Part shown: piece by piece, positions 50,584 to 59,938 of the stretch
Layout of the letters: every line of letters begins with the position of its first letter
How positions within the stretch are numbered: the stretch's first letter is position 1
Origin: an uncultured Clostridia bacterium
GTDB taxonomy: Bacteria; Bacillota; Clostridia; TANB77; CAG-465
Direction: 5' to 3'
Length of the DNA: 64,000 nt
Assembly: GCA_944387385.1 (NCBI GenBank)
Contig: CALXES010000001.1
Span: 7,713 to 71,712, forward strand
Program-made: the position numbers and the translations under genes
The notes under the pieces: generated by a model
What the model was told of the DNA's origin: nothing
The model's input: the letters and a program-made list of their open reading frames with translations, nothing else
Database searches by the model: none

Positions 50584-50707
50584 TACAAATATATAAAATG
50601 CATATAAATTATGAGCATAATAGTAAACATGCTTGTTTTATAATATAATATATGCTATAATCTTTTTGAAATAATGAAGAATTTTATTATTTTAGGGGGT
50701 GAAATAT

Positions 50708-50980
50708 ATGACAAAAGCAGAGATGATAAAAGCATTAGCTGAAAAAACTGGAATGACTAAAGCTGACAGCGAAAGAGCTTTCAATGGAGTTTTTGAAGTT
50801 GTTAAAGAAGAACTTGAAAAAGGAAATAAAGTTGCAGTAGCTGGTTTTGGTACATTTAGAATTTCTCAAAGAGCTGCTAGAATGGGTAAAAACCCTAGAA
50901 CTGGTGAAGCTATAAAAATACCTGCAAGTAAATCAGTTGCATTTAAAGCTGGTACAGAATTAAAAGCTAAAGTTAACTAA
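50708..50980 (+). CDS. hup: DNA-binding protein HU
   Basis: MTKAEMIKALAEKTG start and GFGTFxxxxRAARxGxNPxTGEAIxIPA arm. ATG 50708 is 8 nt after AGGGGG, whereas the listed start 50699 is a GTG. Confidence 0.95.
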   Translation: MTKAEMIKALAEKTGMTKADSERAFNGVFEVVKEELEKGNKVAVAGFGTFRISQRAARMGKNPRTGEAIKIPASKSVAFKAGTELKAKVN

Positions 50981-50990
50981 TAAAAAAATT

Positions 50991-51020
50991 GCTAGTACAT
51001 TAATTGTACTAGCTTTTTTG
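50991..51020 (+). terminator. Rho-independent terminator
   Basis: Stem gctagtaca/tgtactagc with a 5-nt loop and T6. Confidence 0.85.
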
Positions 51021-51079
51021 TTGCTAAATATAATTTTAAATGTTATACTATTTTTAGCAAAATAAAGGAGTTGTAGTAT

Positions 51080-52021
51080 ATGAAATTTAACTTTTGTGAT
51101 ATTAAAACGACTAAAGATATTAATAAAGCTAATTGTATAACACATAGTGGTACCTTTCATGCAGATGAAGTGTTTGCTACAGCTATTTTATCATTAATAT
51201 TAAATGATATTGTTATATATAGAGCAAATGAAATAAAGCAAGAAATGAGTACAGCTATAGTATATGATGTTGGACTTGGAAGATTAGATCATCATCAAGC
51301 CGGAGGAAATGGTCAAAGAGAAAATGGTGTTTCTTTTGCAGCTTGTGGACTTGTTTGGAGAGAGTATTATAAAGAAGTTTTAAGTAATATAGGAATAGAT
51401 AAAAAAGACATTAACTATTTAAAAGATCAGATAGATAAAAATTTAATACAATTTATTGATGCAAATGATAATGGAATTACTCCTAAAATTAGTACTGAAT
51501 ATAAGTATGTAAATTTAGCTAATATAATTGCACAATTTAATCCTAATTGGAATGAAAATGTTGATTCAGATGAGAAATTCATAGATGCGGTAAATTTTGC
51601 AAAAGTTGTACTTGAAAATGAAATCTGTTCTGAAATTTCAAAATTTAAAGCTAAATCAATAGTAGAAAAAGCAATTGAAGATTCGAAGGATAATATTATG
51701 ATATTAGATGAATTTATGCCTTGGAAAGAGTTTATATTAGAATCAAAATCTAAAAAGGCAAAAGATATATTATTTGTTGTATTTCCTTCAAATAGAGGAG
51801 GATACAATGTTTATGCTGTTCCTAAAGAAGCAGGAAGTTTTGAAAATAGAAAGAGTTTTCCAAAGGAATGGGCTGGGTTAAGAGATGAAAAATTGCAAAA
51901 AATTACAGGAGTAAATAGTGCGGCTTTTTGTCATATAGCATGTTTTATTTGTACTGCTAAGACTAAAGATGATGCTATAAAGCTTGCAAATTTAGCAATA
52001 GAAAATGAAAAAGGAGAATAA
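51080..52021 (+). CDS. MYG1/UPF0160-family metal-dependent hydrolase
   Basis: THSGTFHADEVFA and LDHHQ motifs typical of MYG1. Confidence 0.8.
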   Translation: MKFNFCDIKTTKDINKANCITHSGTFHADEVFATAILSLILNDIVIYRANEIKQEMSTAIVYDVGLGRLDHHQAGGNGQRENGVSFAACGLVWREYYKEVLSNIGIDKKDINYLKDQIDKNLIQFIDANDNGITPKISTEYKYVNLANIIAQFNPNWNENVDSDEKFIDAVNFAKVVLENEICSEISKFKAKSIVEKAIEDSKDNIMILDEFMPWKEFILESKSKKAKDILFVVFPSNRGGYNVYAVPKEAGSFENRKSFPKEWAGLRDEKLQKITGVNSAAFCHIACFICTAKTKDDAIKLANLAIENEKGE

Positions 52022-52022
52022 G

Positions 52023-52499
52023 ATGAGTGAAGAATGGAAAAAAGATAGAATAGGCTCTGCTATTAGAGGAGAAAATCCAATGGTTATTGCAACTTTAAAA
52101 AGTGGATTTGCAGTCATTGGAGATACACAATTTTTACCAGGATACTGCGTATTACTTCCAAATAGAAATGTAAATTCATTAAATAATCTATCTTTAAATG
52201 AACGTAGAGATTTTCTTATAGATATGTCTTTAATAGGAGATGCAATACTTACTGTTTGTAATCCTAGAAGAATAAATTATGAGATATTAGGAAATACAGA
52301 TGTTTTTTTACATGCACATATATTTCCAAGATATGAATGGGAAGAAGAAGAGAGAAAAAAAAGACCAGTTTGGGATTATCCGAAAAACAATTGGACTGAT
52401 GAGGATAAACAGTTCTTTAATATAAAAGATGGAGAAAAATTAAAAGAAAATTTAAAAATTGAGATAGAAAAATTAAAGCAAAAATATTATTTAGATTAA
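52023..52499 (+). CDS. HIT-family nucleotide hydrolase/transferase
   Basis: VFLHAHIFPRY (HxH-containing HIT motif followed by PR). The ATG falls 1 nt after the MYG1 stop. Confidence 0.7.
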   Translation: MSEEWKKDRIGSAIRGENPMVIATLKSGFAVIGDTQFLPGYCVLLPNRNVNSLNNLSLNERRDFLIDMSLIGDAILTVCNPRRINYEILGNTDVFLHAHIFPRYEWEEEERKKRPVWDYPKNNWTDEDKQFFNIKDGEKLKENLKIEIEKLKQKYYLD

Positions 52500-52517
52500 A
52501 AAGGAGACTAAGGATTG

Positions 52518-53045
52518 ATGATTTCTACTGCACATTATAACTCACCTTTAGGTGATATATTACTAGCAAGTAAAGATAATAAATTAATAGGATTATGGAT
52601 TGAAGGTCAAAAGTATTTTTTATCTAGTATAAAGGAAGAAATACAAGAAAATTCTAATGATGGAGTCTTATTAGCAACTAAAAGTTGGTTAGATAGATAT
52701 TTTAATGGACAAAAACCTAATATAGATGAGCTAAATTTAAGTCCTATTGGGAGTGATTTTAGACAAGCTGTATGGAAAATACTTTGTAAAATACCATATG
52801 GAGAAACAATTACATATAATGATATAGCTAAAGAAATTGCAAGACAAAGAAAAATAAAAAAGATGTCGGCACAAGCTATTGGTGGTGCTGTAGGACACAA
52901 TCCAATTTCGATAATAATACCTTGCCATAGAGTTGTAGGTACAAATGGAAACTTAACTGGATATGCGGGTGGAATTGAAAAGAAAATTTGGCTTTTACGA
53001 CATGAGCATGTTAATATGGAAAACTTTTTTATTCCAAAGAACTAA
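52518..53045 (+). CDS. ogt: methylated-DNA--protein-cysteine methyltransferase
   Basis: IIIPCHRVVG active site, the helix-turn-wing TYxDIA region and GGxxxKxWLLxHE. Confidence 0.92.
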   Translation: MISTAHYNSPLGDILLASKDNKLIGLWIEGQKYFLSSIKEEIQENSNDGVLLATKSWLDRYFNGQKPNIDELNLSPIGSDFRQAVWKILCKIPYGETITYNDIAKEIARQRKIKKMSAQAIGGAVGHNPISIIIPCHRVVGTNGNLTGYAGGIEKKIWLLRHEHVNMENFFIPKN

Positions 53046-53113
53046 TTAAAAAAGTCACTTAGTAGTCATTTTTGTATGTTAATATAAAAATAAGATATAC
53101 GGAGGTGACTTAA

Positions 53114-53680
53114 ATGAATAGAATTGAATCATATATTAGACTTGCAATAATTATAATTTTGTTTGTACTAGTTTTATATTTACCAATTTTATTTGTTTTA
53201 AAGAGGAAAGGAAAAAGTGCAATTAGACAACTGAGTTATATAGGACTATTTTGTTCTTTGTTTATTATTATTTTTGCAACTATATTATATGTAAGGATAA
53301 GTTTGCCTCCAAAGCAATATTTTTTAAATCTAATACCATTTAATTGGACAAGTGATGCGGATGCTATAGAACAATTAGTAAATGAGAAAATTCCTAATAT
53401 ACTACTTTTTGTACCTTTAGGATTTTTTATACCAGCAGTTTTTAGGACAAAAAGAAAATTATATAAGATAGTTATAATTTCTTTTTGTATAACTTTTAGT
53501 GTAGAATTTATACAGTACTTTATTGTAAGGCTGGCGGATATAGATGATATTATTACTAATGTTTTAGGAGGGATTATTGGATATCAAATATTTCAATTAA
53601 TAAATAGAATTTTTATTAATATTAAAATATGGCAAAATTTTATAGGGGGAAAAAAGTATTATGAACAAAAAGAGGTGTAA
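53114..53680 (+). CDS. VanZ-family membrane protein
   Basis: NILLFVPLGFF and SVEFIQYF...DIDDIITNVLGG motifs, with 4-5 TM helices. Confidence 0.8.
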   Translation: MNRIESYIRLAIIIILFVLVLYLPILFVLKRKGKSAIRQLSYIGLFCSLFIIIFATILYVRISLPPKQYFLNLIPFNWTSDADAIEQLVNEKIPNILLFVPLGFFIPAVFRTKRKLYKIVIISFCITFSVEFIQYFIVRLADIDDIITNVLGGIIGYQIFQLINRIFINIKIWQNFIGGKKYYEQKEV

Positions 53681-54209
53681 ATGGTGCAATTTGGATAATT
53701 CGTTATATGTTAAATACCATGATGAAGAATGGGGAATAAAGAATTTTAACGATGACTATTTATTTGAAATGCTAATACTTGAATCCTTTCAAGCAGGCCT
53801 TTCGTGGGAATGTGTTTTAAATAAAAGAGAAAATTTTAAAAAAGCATATGATAATTTTGACTTAAATTTAGTATGCAAATATGATGACAAGAAAATAAGT
53901 GAATTAATTAATAATAAGGGTATAATTAGAAATAAATTAAAGATAAAAGCAAGTATAAATAATGCTAATATTTTTAAAAAGATAGTAGAAGAGTTTGGTT
54001 CTTTTTACAATTATTTAAATACCTTTATTAATGGTGTTACAGTATTTGAAATAGGAAAAAGCACTAATGAAAAATCAGATAAGATATCAAAAGACTTACA
54101 AAAAAGAGGTATGAAGTTTGTTGGGAGCACTATTATTTATGCATATTTACAAGCAATTGGTATAATTTATTCTCATGAGAAAGAGTGCTTTTTATATAAA
54201 AATAGTTAA
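53661..54209 (+). CDS. tag: DNA-3-methyladenine glycosylase I
   Basis: CxWC...YHDxEWG zinc-snap start and ESFQAGLSW motif. Confidence 0.92.
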   Translation: MNKKRCKWCNLDNSLYVKYHDEEWGIKNFNDDYLFEMLILESFQAGLSWECVLNKRENFKKAYDNFDLNLVCKYDDKKISELINNKGIIRNKLKIKASINNANIFKKIVEEFGSFYNYLNTFINGVTVFEIGKSTNEKSDKISKDLQKRGMKFVGSTIIYAYLQAIGIIYSHEKECFLYKNS

Positions 54210-54245
54210 TAATATACTATTATAGTTTAAATTGTGGAGGAGAAG

Positions 54246-54455
54246 ATGAAAAGAGAAGATAATAAAAATGGAAAAATAGCATCATCTTTATATTATTTAG
54301 CATCAGCATGTTTTTTTATCGTAGCAATAATAAATTTGGCTAAGAGTAATACTGATATTGGTGTGGTATTTTTATGTTTAGGTTCTACTTTTTTATGCTT
54401 TGGAAGCGTATATTTGGGTGAAGATAAAGAAAAAGATGATAAGAATGAAAAATAA
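54246..54455 (+). CDS. small two-TM membrane protein
   Basis: ATG 54246 lies after GGAGG. It has two hydrophobic helices and an acidic/basic tail. Confidence 0.45.
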   Translation: MKREDNKNGKIASSLYYLASACFFIVAIINLAKSNTDIGVVFLCLGSTFLCFGSVYLGEDKEKDDKNEK

Positions 54456-54474
54456 AATATTTTGGAGGTAATTT

Positions 54475-54786
54475 ATGAAAATAATAACTGTATGTGGTAG
54501 CTATAAATTCAAAAAAGAAATGGTTGAAATTACAGAATACTTTACTTTAAAAGGAAATTGTATGCTTATGCCTAATGAACTTTCAAGAAAGAATAAAGAG
54601 GCATACACACAAGAAGAAGCTATTATGATAGATAAAATGCATAAGGAAAAAATAAAGATATCAGATGCTATATTAGTTGTAAATGTAAATAATTATATTG
54701 GAAGTAGTACAAAGTCAGAAATTGAGTTTGCAAAATCACTTGGTAAAGAAATTTTATATTATACTGATTTGAAGGAGAATATATAA
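54475..54786 (+). CDS. small Rossmann-like protein, possibly of the nucleoside 2-deoxyribosyltransferase-like superfamily
   Basis: 103 aa. The layout MKIITVCGS ... DAILVVN ... GSSTKSEIEFAKSLGKEI resembles NDT/Rcl-like folds. The assignment is tentative. Confidence 0.35.
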   Translation: MKIITVCGSYKFKKEMVEITEYFTLKGNCMLMPNELSRKNKEAYTQEEAIMIDKMHKEKIKISDAILVVNVNNYIGSSTKSEIEFAKSLGKEILYYTDLKENI

Positions 54787-54787
54787 A

Positions 54788-55186
54788 ATGAAAGAGATAG
54801 ATAAAATAGCACTTATATATATCAAAGATAAAAAGATTTTAACAACATTGTCTAAGGGAAAAGATACGTATTATTTACCTGGGGGAAAAAGAGAAAAAAA
54901 CGAAAAAGATGAAGATACTTTGGTAAGAGAATGTAAAGAAGAGTTAACAATAGATATAGATATTAATTCAATTAAATATTATGGTACGTTTGAAGCACAA
55001 GCTCATGGAAAAGCAGAGGGAATAATTGTAAAAATGACATGTTATATTGCAAATTTTACTGGAAAAATACAACCAAGTTCAGAAATTCAAGAAGTAAGGT
55101 GGCTTGGATATAATGATTTAAATTTAATATCTCCAGTAGATAGATTAATATTTAAAGATTTATTTGAAAATGGGTTAATAAAATAA
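54788..55186 (+). CDS. NUDIX hydrolase
   Basis: Nudix box GGKREKNEKDEDTLVRECKEELT (GX5EX7REUXEEXGU). It starts 1 nt after the upstream stop. Confidence 0.9.
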   Translation: MKEIDKIALIYIKDKKILTTLSKGKDTYYLPGGKREKNEKDEDTLVRECKEELTIDIDINSIKYYGTFEAQAHGKAEGIIVKMTCYIANFTGKIQPSSEIQEVRWLGYNDLNLISPVDRLIFKDLFENGLIK

Positions 55187-55206
55187 AAAAAGGAGAAAGG
55201 TAGAAT

Positions 55207-55749
55207 ATGGTTATAGATGGAAAGAGAATTTTCTTAAGAAATTGGAAAGATGAAGATATAAATGACTTAGTTAATGGACTAAACAATATTAATGTCTCAA
55301 AATGGTTAGCAAATATTCCATATCCATATACTGTAAAAGATGCGCAAGATTTTATAGCATATTCAAAAAGCTTAAAAGATAATTCAAAGGATTTAATGCT
55401 TGCTATTGTTTTAAAAGATAATAATAAAGTTATAGGTGGAACATCTATACAAAATATAAATATTAAAGATGGAACAGCTGGTGGTGGAATATGGTTAAAT
55501 GAAAAATACCAAAAAAATGGATATGGTATAGAAGCATTTTGCTTAAGAGCAAAATATTGTTTTGAAGCGTTAAATTTAAGAAGACTTGAAAATGGATATT
55601 TTTATGGTAATGAAAAATCAAGAAATATGCAAAAAAAATTAGGATATAAAGATGAAGGAGTAAGAAGAAAAAAATATTATTGTTTGGTTACAAAAGAATA
55701 TAAGGATGAATGTATAACTGGTTTACAAAAGAAGAATTTATTGATATAA
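55207..55749 (+). CDS. GNAT-family acetyltransferase (RimJ/RimL-like)
   Basis: LRNWKDEDINDL start typical of RimJ-like GNATs, and QKNGYG motif. Confidence 0.82.
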   Translation: MVIDGKRIFLRNWKDEDINDLVNGLNNINVSKWLANIPYPYTVKDAQDFIAYSKSLKDNSKDLMLAIVLKDNNKVIGGTSIQNINIKDGTAGGGIWLNEKYQKNGYGIEAFCLRAKYCFEALNLRRLENGYFYGNEKSRNMQKKLGYKDEGVRRKKYYCLVTKEYKDECITGLQKKNLLI

Positions 55750-55784
55750 TTAAAGAAAATTAATATAATTTTTAGGAGTGAAAA

Positions 55785-56543
55785 ATGATTAAAGTAGAAC
55801 ATGTTACAAAAAAATTTATAAGATATAAAAATAAAAAAGAAAAAGAGGAATTTTGTGCGGATAAAGATATATCTTTTGAAGCAAAAGACGGTGAAATAAT
55901 AGGAATACTTGGACCTAATGGTGCTGGAAAAACAACATTATTAAGAATGATTGCTGGAATTTTAGAACCAAGTGAAGGTAAGATTACTTTTGATAAATTA
56001 AATTATAAAGAAAATGAAATAGAAATAAAAAGAAATATTGCATATTTATCTGGAAACACAAAATTATATGATACATTGTCTTGTTACGAGCTTTTAAAAA
56101 TGTGTTGTGACATATATGGAGTATCAGACTTAGAATGTGAAAAAAGAATAAAAGAGATATCTAAAGTTTTAAATATGGATCAATTTTTATACAATAAAAT
56201 AGAAAATCTATCAACAGGGCAAACGCAAAAGGTAAATATTGCAAGATGTTTGATACATGATCCCAAATACTATATTTTAGATGAAGCTACCACAGGTCTT
56301 GATATAATTTCTAGTCAAATTATATTGGATTTTATAAAAAAAGAAAAGTCAAAAGGAAAAATAATACTATATTCTACACATTATATGGAAGAAGCAGAAA
56401 ATATTTGTGATAAAGTAATAATGATTAACAAGGGTGAAGTTATAAAATCTGGAACACCTAATCAAATAAGAGAAGATACAAATACTACAAATTTAAGAGA
56501 CGCTTTCTTTTATATGATTGGAGGTGCTTTAGATGAAGAATAA
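55785..56543 (+). CDS. ABC transporter ATP-binding protein (NatA-like)
   Basis: GPNGAGKTT, LSTGQTQK and YYILDEAT motifs. Confidence 0.92.
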   Translation: MIKVEHVTKKFIRYKNKKEKEEFCADKDISFEAKDGEIIGILGPNGAGKTTLLRMIAGILEPSEGKITFDKLNYKENEIEIKRNIAYLSGNTKLYDTLSCYELLKMCCDIYGVSDLECEKRIKEISKVLNMDQFLYNKIENLSTGQTQKVNIARCLIHDPKYYILDEATTGLDIISSQIILDFIKKEKSKGKIILYSTHYMEEAENICDKVIMINKGEVIKSGTPNQIREDTNTTNLRDAFFYMIGGALDEE

Positions 56544-57681
56544 TTTATTTAATATATTAAAAAAGGAGATAAGAGAAGTATTTAGGGACAAAAAATCTCT
56601 TGCTATGATGCTAATAATACCTATTTTTATACCGCTTTTGGTTATAGGCATGTCTGCTTTATTTGAATCTCAGATGAATAAAGATGTAGAAGAGTATAAT
56701 AAAATAGGTTTTGCATATCAAATGACTGATGAGGAAAAAAGTATTGCAGATCAAATGAATATAGATGCAGTGATAGAAAGTGAAGAAGAATTAGTAAAAA
56801 AATATGATAATGGAGAGATTGATTTGTATGTTACAAAGGATGAAAATAAATATATTATAAATAGTGATGGCTCTGATAATAGCTCTTATTCAACGGCTCT
56901 AGTAGAATCATATTTTAATGTATATAAGGAATATTTACAGCAAACTTATTTAACTGAAAATAACATAGATGCAAATAAAGTGCTAGATATAATAACAGTA
57001 GAAGAAAATGTAATAGAGCAAGACAATTTTTTTGCAGATTATATAAAAAATTATGCTTTTTTATTTATAATTATGGCTATAACAGTATCTGCTACATATC
57101 CTGCAACAGATACAACAGCAGGAGAAAGAGAAAGAGGAACTTTAGAGACTTTACTTACTTTCCCAATAAAGAGCAAAGATATAATTATAGGAAAATTCTT
57201 AGGTGTAACAATGTCATCTGTAGTAACTGGTATTATTAGCTTAGTTTTGGCAATAATATCGTTAGCATTTACTCAAAATATGTTTACAATATATGAAGGA
57301 GTAGATATAATGTATTCACCAATTAGCATTATATTTGCTGTTTTAGTAATAATTGCATACTCTTTTTTTATAAGTGGTCTATGTATTGCAATAGCAAGCA
57401 CTTCTAAAACATTTAAAGAGGCACAAAGTGCACTAACTCCACTTACATTTATATCATTATTTCCTGGGATGATTGCTTTTATGATTGGAGTAACAACAAC
57501 ACCTATATTATCTATAGTACCATTTTTAAATTTTACTTTAATATTTACAGATATTAATAATGGTAATATTAATATATTAAATATTTTGCTTATGATAATT
57601 TCTACGATAATTTATATAAGTGTTGTTTTGGTATATATAATAAAACAGTATAAATCTGAAAAGGTACTTTTTGCAAAATAA
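56533..57681 (+). CDS. ABC-2 type permease (NatB-like)
   Basis: Overlaps the ATPase gene by 11 nt. The layout is TM1, a large extracytoplasmic loop and 5 TM helices. Confidence 0.82.
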   Translation: MKNNLFNILKKEIREVFRDKKSLAMMLIIPIFIPLLVIGMSALFESQMNKDVEEYNKIGFAYQMTDEEKSIADQMNIDAVIESEEELVKKYDNGEIDLYVTKDENKYIINSDGSDNSSYSTALVESYFNVYKEYLQQTYLTENNIDANKVLDIITVEENVIEQDNFFADYIKNYAFLFIIMAITVSATYPATDTTAGERERGTLETLLTFPIKSKDIIIGKFLGVTMSSVVTGIISLVLAIISLAFTQNMFTIYEGVDIMYSPISIIFAVLVIIAYSFFISGLCIAIASTSKTFKEAQSALTPLTFISLFPGMIAFMIGVTTTPILSIVPFLNFTLIFTDINNGNINILNILLMIISTIIYISVVLVYIIKQYKSEKVLFAK

Positions 57682-57682
57682 A

Positions 57683-57727
57683 AAAGAAGTAGGTATCAAG
57701 TTTAATTACTTGTATCTACTTCTTTTT
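57683..57727. terminator. bidirectional hairpin between convergent genes (overlaps the lysR 3' end)
   Basis: Imperfect long stem agaagtaggtatcaagt / acttgtatctacttct flanked by A5 and T5 runs. Confidence 0.55.
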
Positions 57728-58583
57728 CAAGTTCTTTTAGAAAAAGTTCTGCAGGCTTAGAGAATATTTGATATTTTTTCCATATAATATTTATTTCTGT
57801 TTCAAGCTTTGGCATTAATGGTCTGAATCTAAAATTAGAAAAATCATCTGAATTTATAAGTTTATCTAGTGTTAGAGCATATCCTAGTCCGTTATTTACC
57901 AAAATAGATGCGTTATACACAAGATTGTATGTAGCTATAATGTTAAGTTTATTAATATCCTTTTTTATCCATTTAGAAAATTCTGATGTGGCAGGAACTT
58001 CTCTAGATATAATTAGCGGTTTATTAATTAAATCTTTAGGCTCTATATAATCTAGATTTGCCAGTGGACTATCTTTTCTCATTAAGATTCCCCATACGTC
58101 TTTTTTAGGCAATGTTAAGTAGTTATATTTGGTTTTGTCAAAAGGGCATAGTACAATTCCAAAATCTATTAGACCATTATCAAGATTATCAAAAACATCT
58201 TGTCCATCGTCGCTTGATATATTAAAAAAAATATTTTTATGTTTGTTTTGTATATTTTTTATACATTTAGCAATAATATCAATTGCTTCTGTTTCTCCTG
58301 TACCTATGTATACTTGTCCTTCAATATTTTCGCTAGTCATTTCACTTTCCGTTTTTCGTACAAGTTCAATAATTTCTTCAGCTCTTTTTCTAAATAAAAT
58401 ACCATCTTCAGTTAATGTTATCTTTTTATTACCTCTAATAAAAAGTTGCTTTCCAAATTCTTCTTCTAAATCTTTTAACTGTCTTGAAAGTGTGGGTTGT
58501 GAAAGATGTAAAAACTTTGCAGCACCAGAAATACTTTGTTCTCTTGCTACAGCTAAAAAATAGTTTAATACTCTTATTTCCAT
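57702..58583 (-). CDS. LysR-family transcriptional regulator
   Basis: N-terminal wHTH (FLAVAREQSISGAAKFLHLSQPTLSRQLKDLE) and a periplasmic-binding-like co-inducer domain. Confidence 0.92.
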   Translation of the reverse strand: MEIRVLNYFLAVAREQSISGAAKFLHLSQPTLSRQLKDLEEEFGKQLFIRGNKKITLTEDGILFRKRAEEIIELVRKTESEMTSENIEGQVYIGTGETEAIDIIAKCIKNIQNKHKNIFFNISSDDGQDVFDNLDNGLIDFGIVLCPFDKTKYNYLTLPKKDVWGILMRKDSPLANLDYIEPKDLINKPLIISREVPATSEFSKWIKKDINKLNIIATYNLVYNASILVNNGLGYALTLDKLINSDDFSNFRFRPLMPKLETEINIIWKKYQIFSKPAELFLKELEKEVDTSN

Positions 58584-58727
58584 TTTCTCTCTCCTTTTTT
58601 ATCATATTTTATTATATTTTGATATAGCTGTCAAGCATATCAAATTATGCAAAATAAGTATTTGCTATAGTATAATTTAACTGATATAATTATTTTAGAT
58701 GATAGATAAAAGAATAAGGAGAAGAAT

Positions 58728-58952
58728 TTGAAAAGAGAACAAATTATTCAAAATCTAAAAGATGTAGGACTTAGTTTTGGACAAATCGAAGAAATATTAA
58801 TGATATATAAAGAGGGAAAGATAAGTTATATTTACGAGATAATGGATAATTATAGAAAAGGAAAGCTAGAGTCTGTACATAAATTGCAAAAACAAATAGA
58901 CTATTTAGATTTCTTTTTATATAAACTAAAAAAGGAGGACAAGAATAAGTGA
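58728..58952 (+). CDS. small helical hypothetical protein
   Basis: 74 aa with a TTG start after AAGGAG. It is divergent from lysR and has no motif I recognise. Confidence 0.45.
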   Translation: MKREQIIQNLKDVGLSFGQIEEILMIYKEGKISYIYEIMDNYRKGKLESVHKLQKQIDYLDFFLYKLKKEDKNK

Positions 58953-59051
58953 GTAAAAAAATGTAATTATTGCTATTATAATAATTATTCTAATAATAGG
59001 AATGGTAATTTATTTTATAATAAATAATAAAGGAGGGGAGAAGAGAAGAGT

Positions 59052-59924
59052 ATGAAAGAAGTTAATAATCAAAATTATACAGAACAAAATCAAGATATGG
59101 CACAAGCACCTGTTTTTAATTTTGAAACAAGAACAGTAACTTTAAATAGTGATTATGAAATGCCACCAAACGGTATAGGAACATATAGTTTAACTGGAGA
59201 CGAATGTTATAATTCAATAATAAGTGCATTAAATTCAGGTGTAAGACTAATTGATACAGCATATATGTATCACAATGAAGAAGAAATAGGAAGAGCAATT
59301 AGAGATTCAGGTGTACCTAGAGAAGAAATATTTGTTATTACAAAAATATATCCAACTCAATTTAATGATCCAGAAAGTGCAATAGAAATGTCTTTAGAAA
59401 AATTAGATATAGGTTATATAGATATGATGCTATTACACCATCCAGGAGACGGAGATGTAGAAGCATATAAAGCAATGGAAAAATATGTAGAACAAGGACT
59501 AATTCACTCTATTGGACTTTCTAATTGGTATATAGAAGAATTAGATGAGTTTTTACCACAAGTAGATACAGTTCCAGCACTTGTGCAAAACGAAATACAC
59601 CCATATTATCAAGAATTAGAAGTAGTACCATATATTCAAAGTAAAGGTATAGTAATGCAAGGTTGGTATCCTTTTGGAGGTAGAGGTCATACATCAGAGT
59701 TATTAAATGATGAAACAATAATAGAAATTGCAAATAGTCATAATGTAACAGCAGCACAAGTAATTTTAAGATGGAATTTACAAAGAGGGGTTGTTGTAAT
59801 TCCTGGTTCAAGTAATCCAGACCATATAAAAGAAAACACAGAAATATATCATTTTGAACTAACAGATGAAGAAATGCAGAAAATAGAAAGTCTAAATCGT
59901 GACGAAAAACATGATTGGTACTAA
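59052..59924 (+). CDS. aldo/keto reductase
   Basis: GIGTY, LIDTAxxYxNE, LLHxP, GLSNW and IPGSSNPxHIxEN motifs. It has a ~25-residue N-terminal extension relative to the paralogue at 61942. Confidence 0.9.
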   Translation: MKEVNNQNYTEQNQDMAQAPVFNFETRTVTLNSDYEMPPNGIGTYSLTGDECYNSIISALNSGVRLIDTAYMYHNEEEIGRAIRDSGVPREEIFVITKIYPTQFNDPESAIEMSLEKLDIGYIDMMLLHHPGDGDVEAYKAMEKYVEQGLIHSIGLSNWYIEELDEFLPQVDTVPALVQNEIHPYYQELEVVPYIQSKGIVMQGWYPFGGRGHTSELLNDETIIEIANSHNVTAAQVILRWNLQRGVVVIPGSSNPDHIKENTEIYHFELTDEEMQKIESLNRDEKHDWY

Positions 59925-59938
59925 AGGAGAGATAAATA

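Noticed and set aside
58129-58563. A 144-aa + strand ORF antisense to the LysR gene, and a 188-aa minus-strand ORF (60316..60882) antisense to the NAD(P)HX dehydratase gene.
   Set aside because: Both lie wholly inside genes with unambiguous motifs (LysR wHTH; GSGDVLSG dehydratase). Their Ser/Phe/Ile-rich products have no recognisable features.
59002-59055. A 17-codon upstream ORF (MVIYFIINNKGGEKRRV) whose stop overlaps the AKR start codon (ATGA).
   Set aside because: The only purine-rich element upstream (AGGA) is about 2 nt from its ATG, which is too close to serve as an RBS. The region is more simply the AKR 5' UTR, which contains that gene's own GGAGGGGAG RBS.
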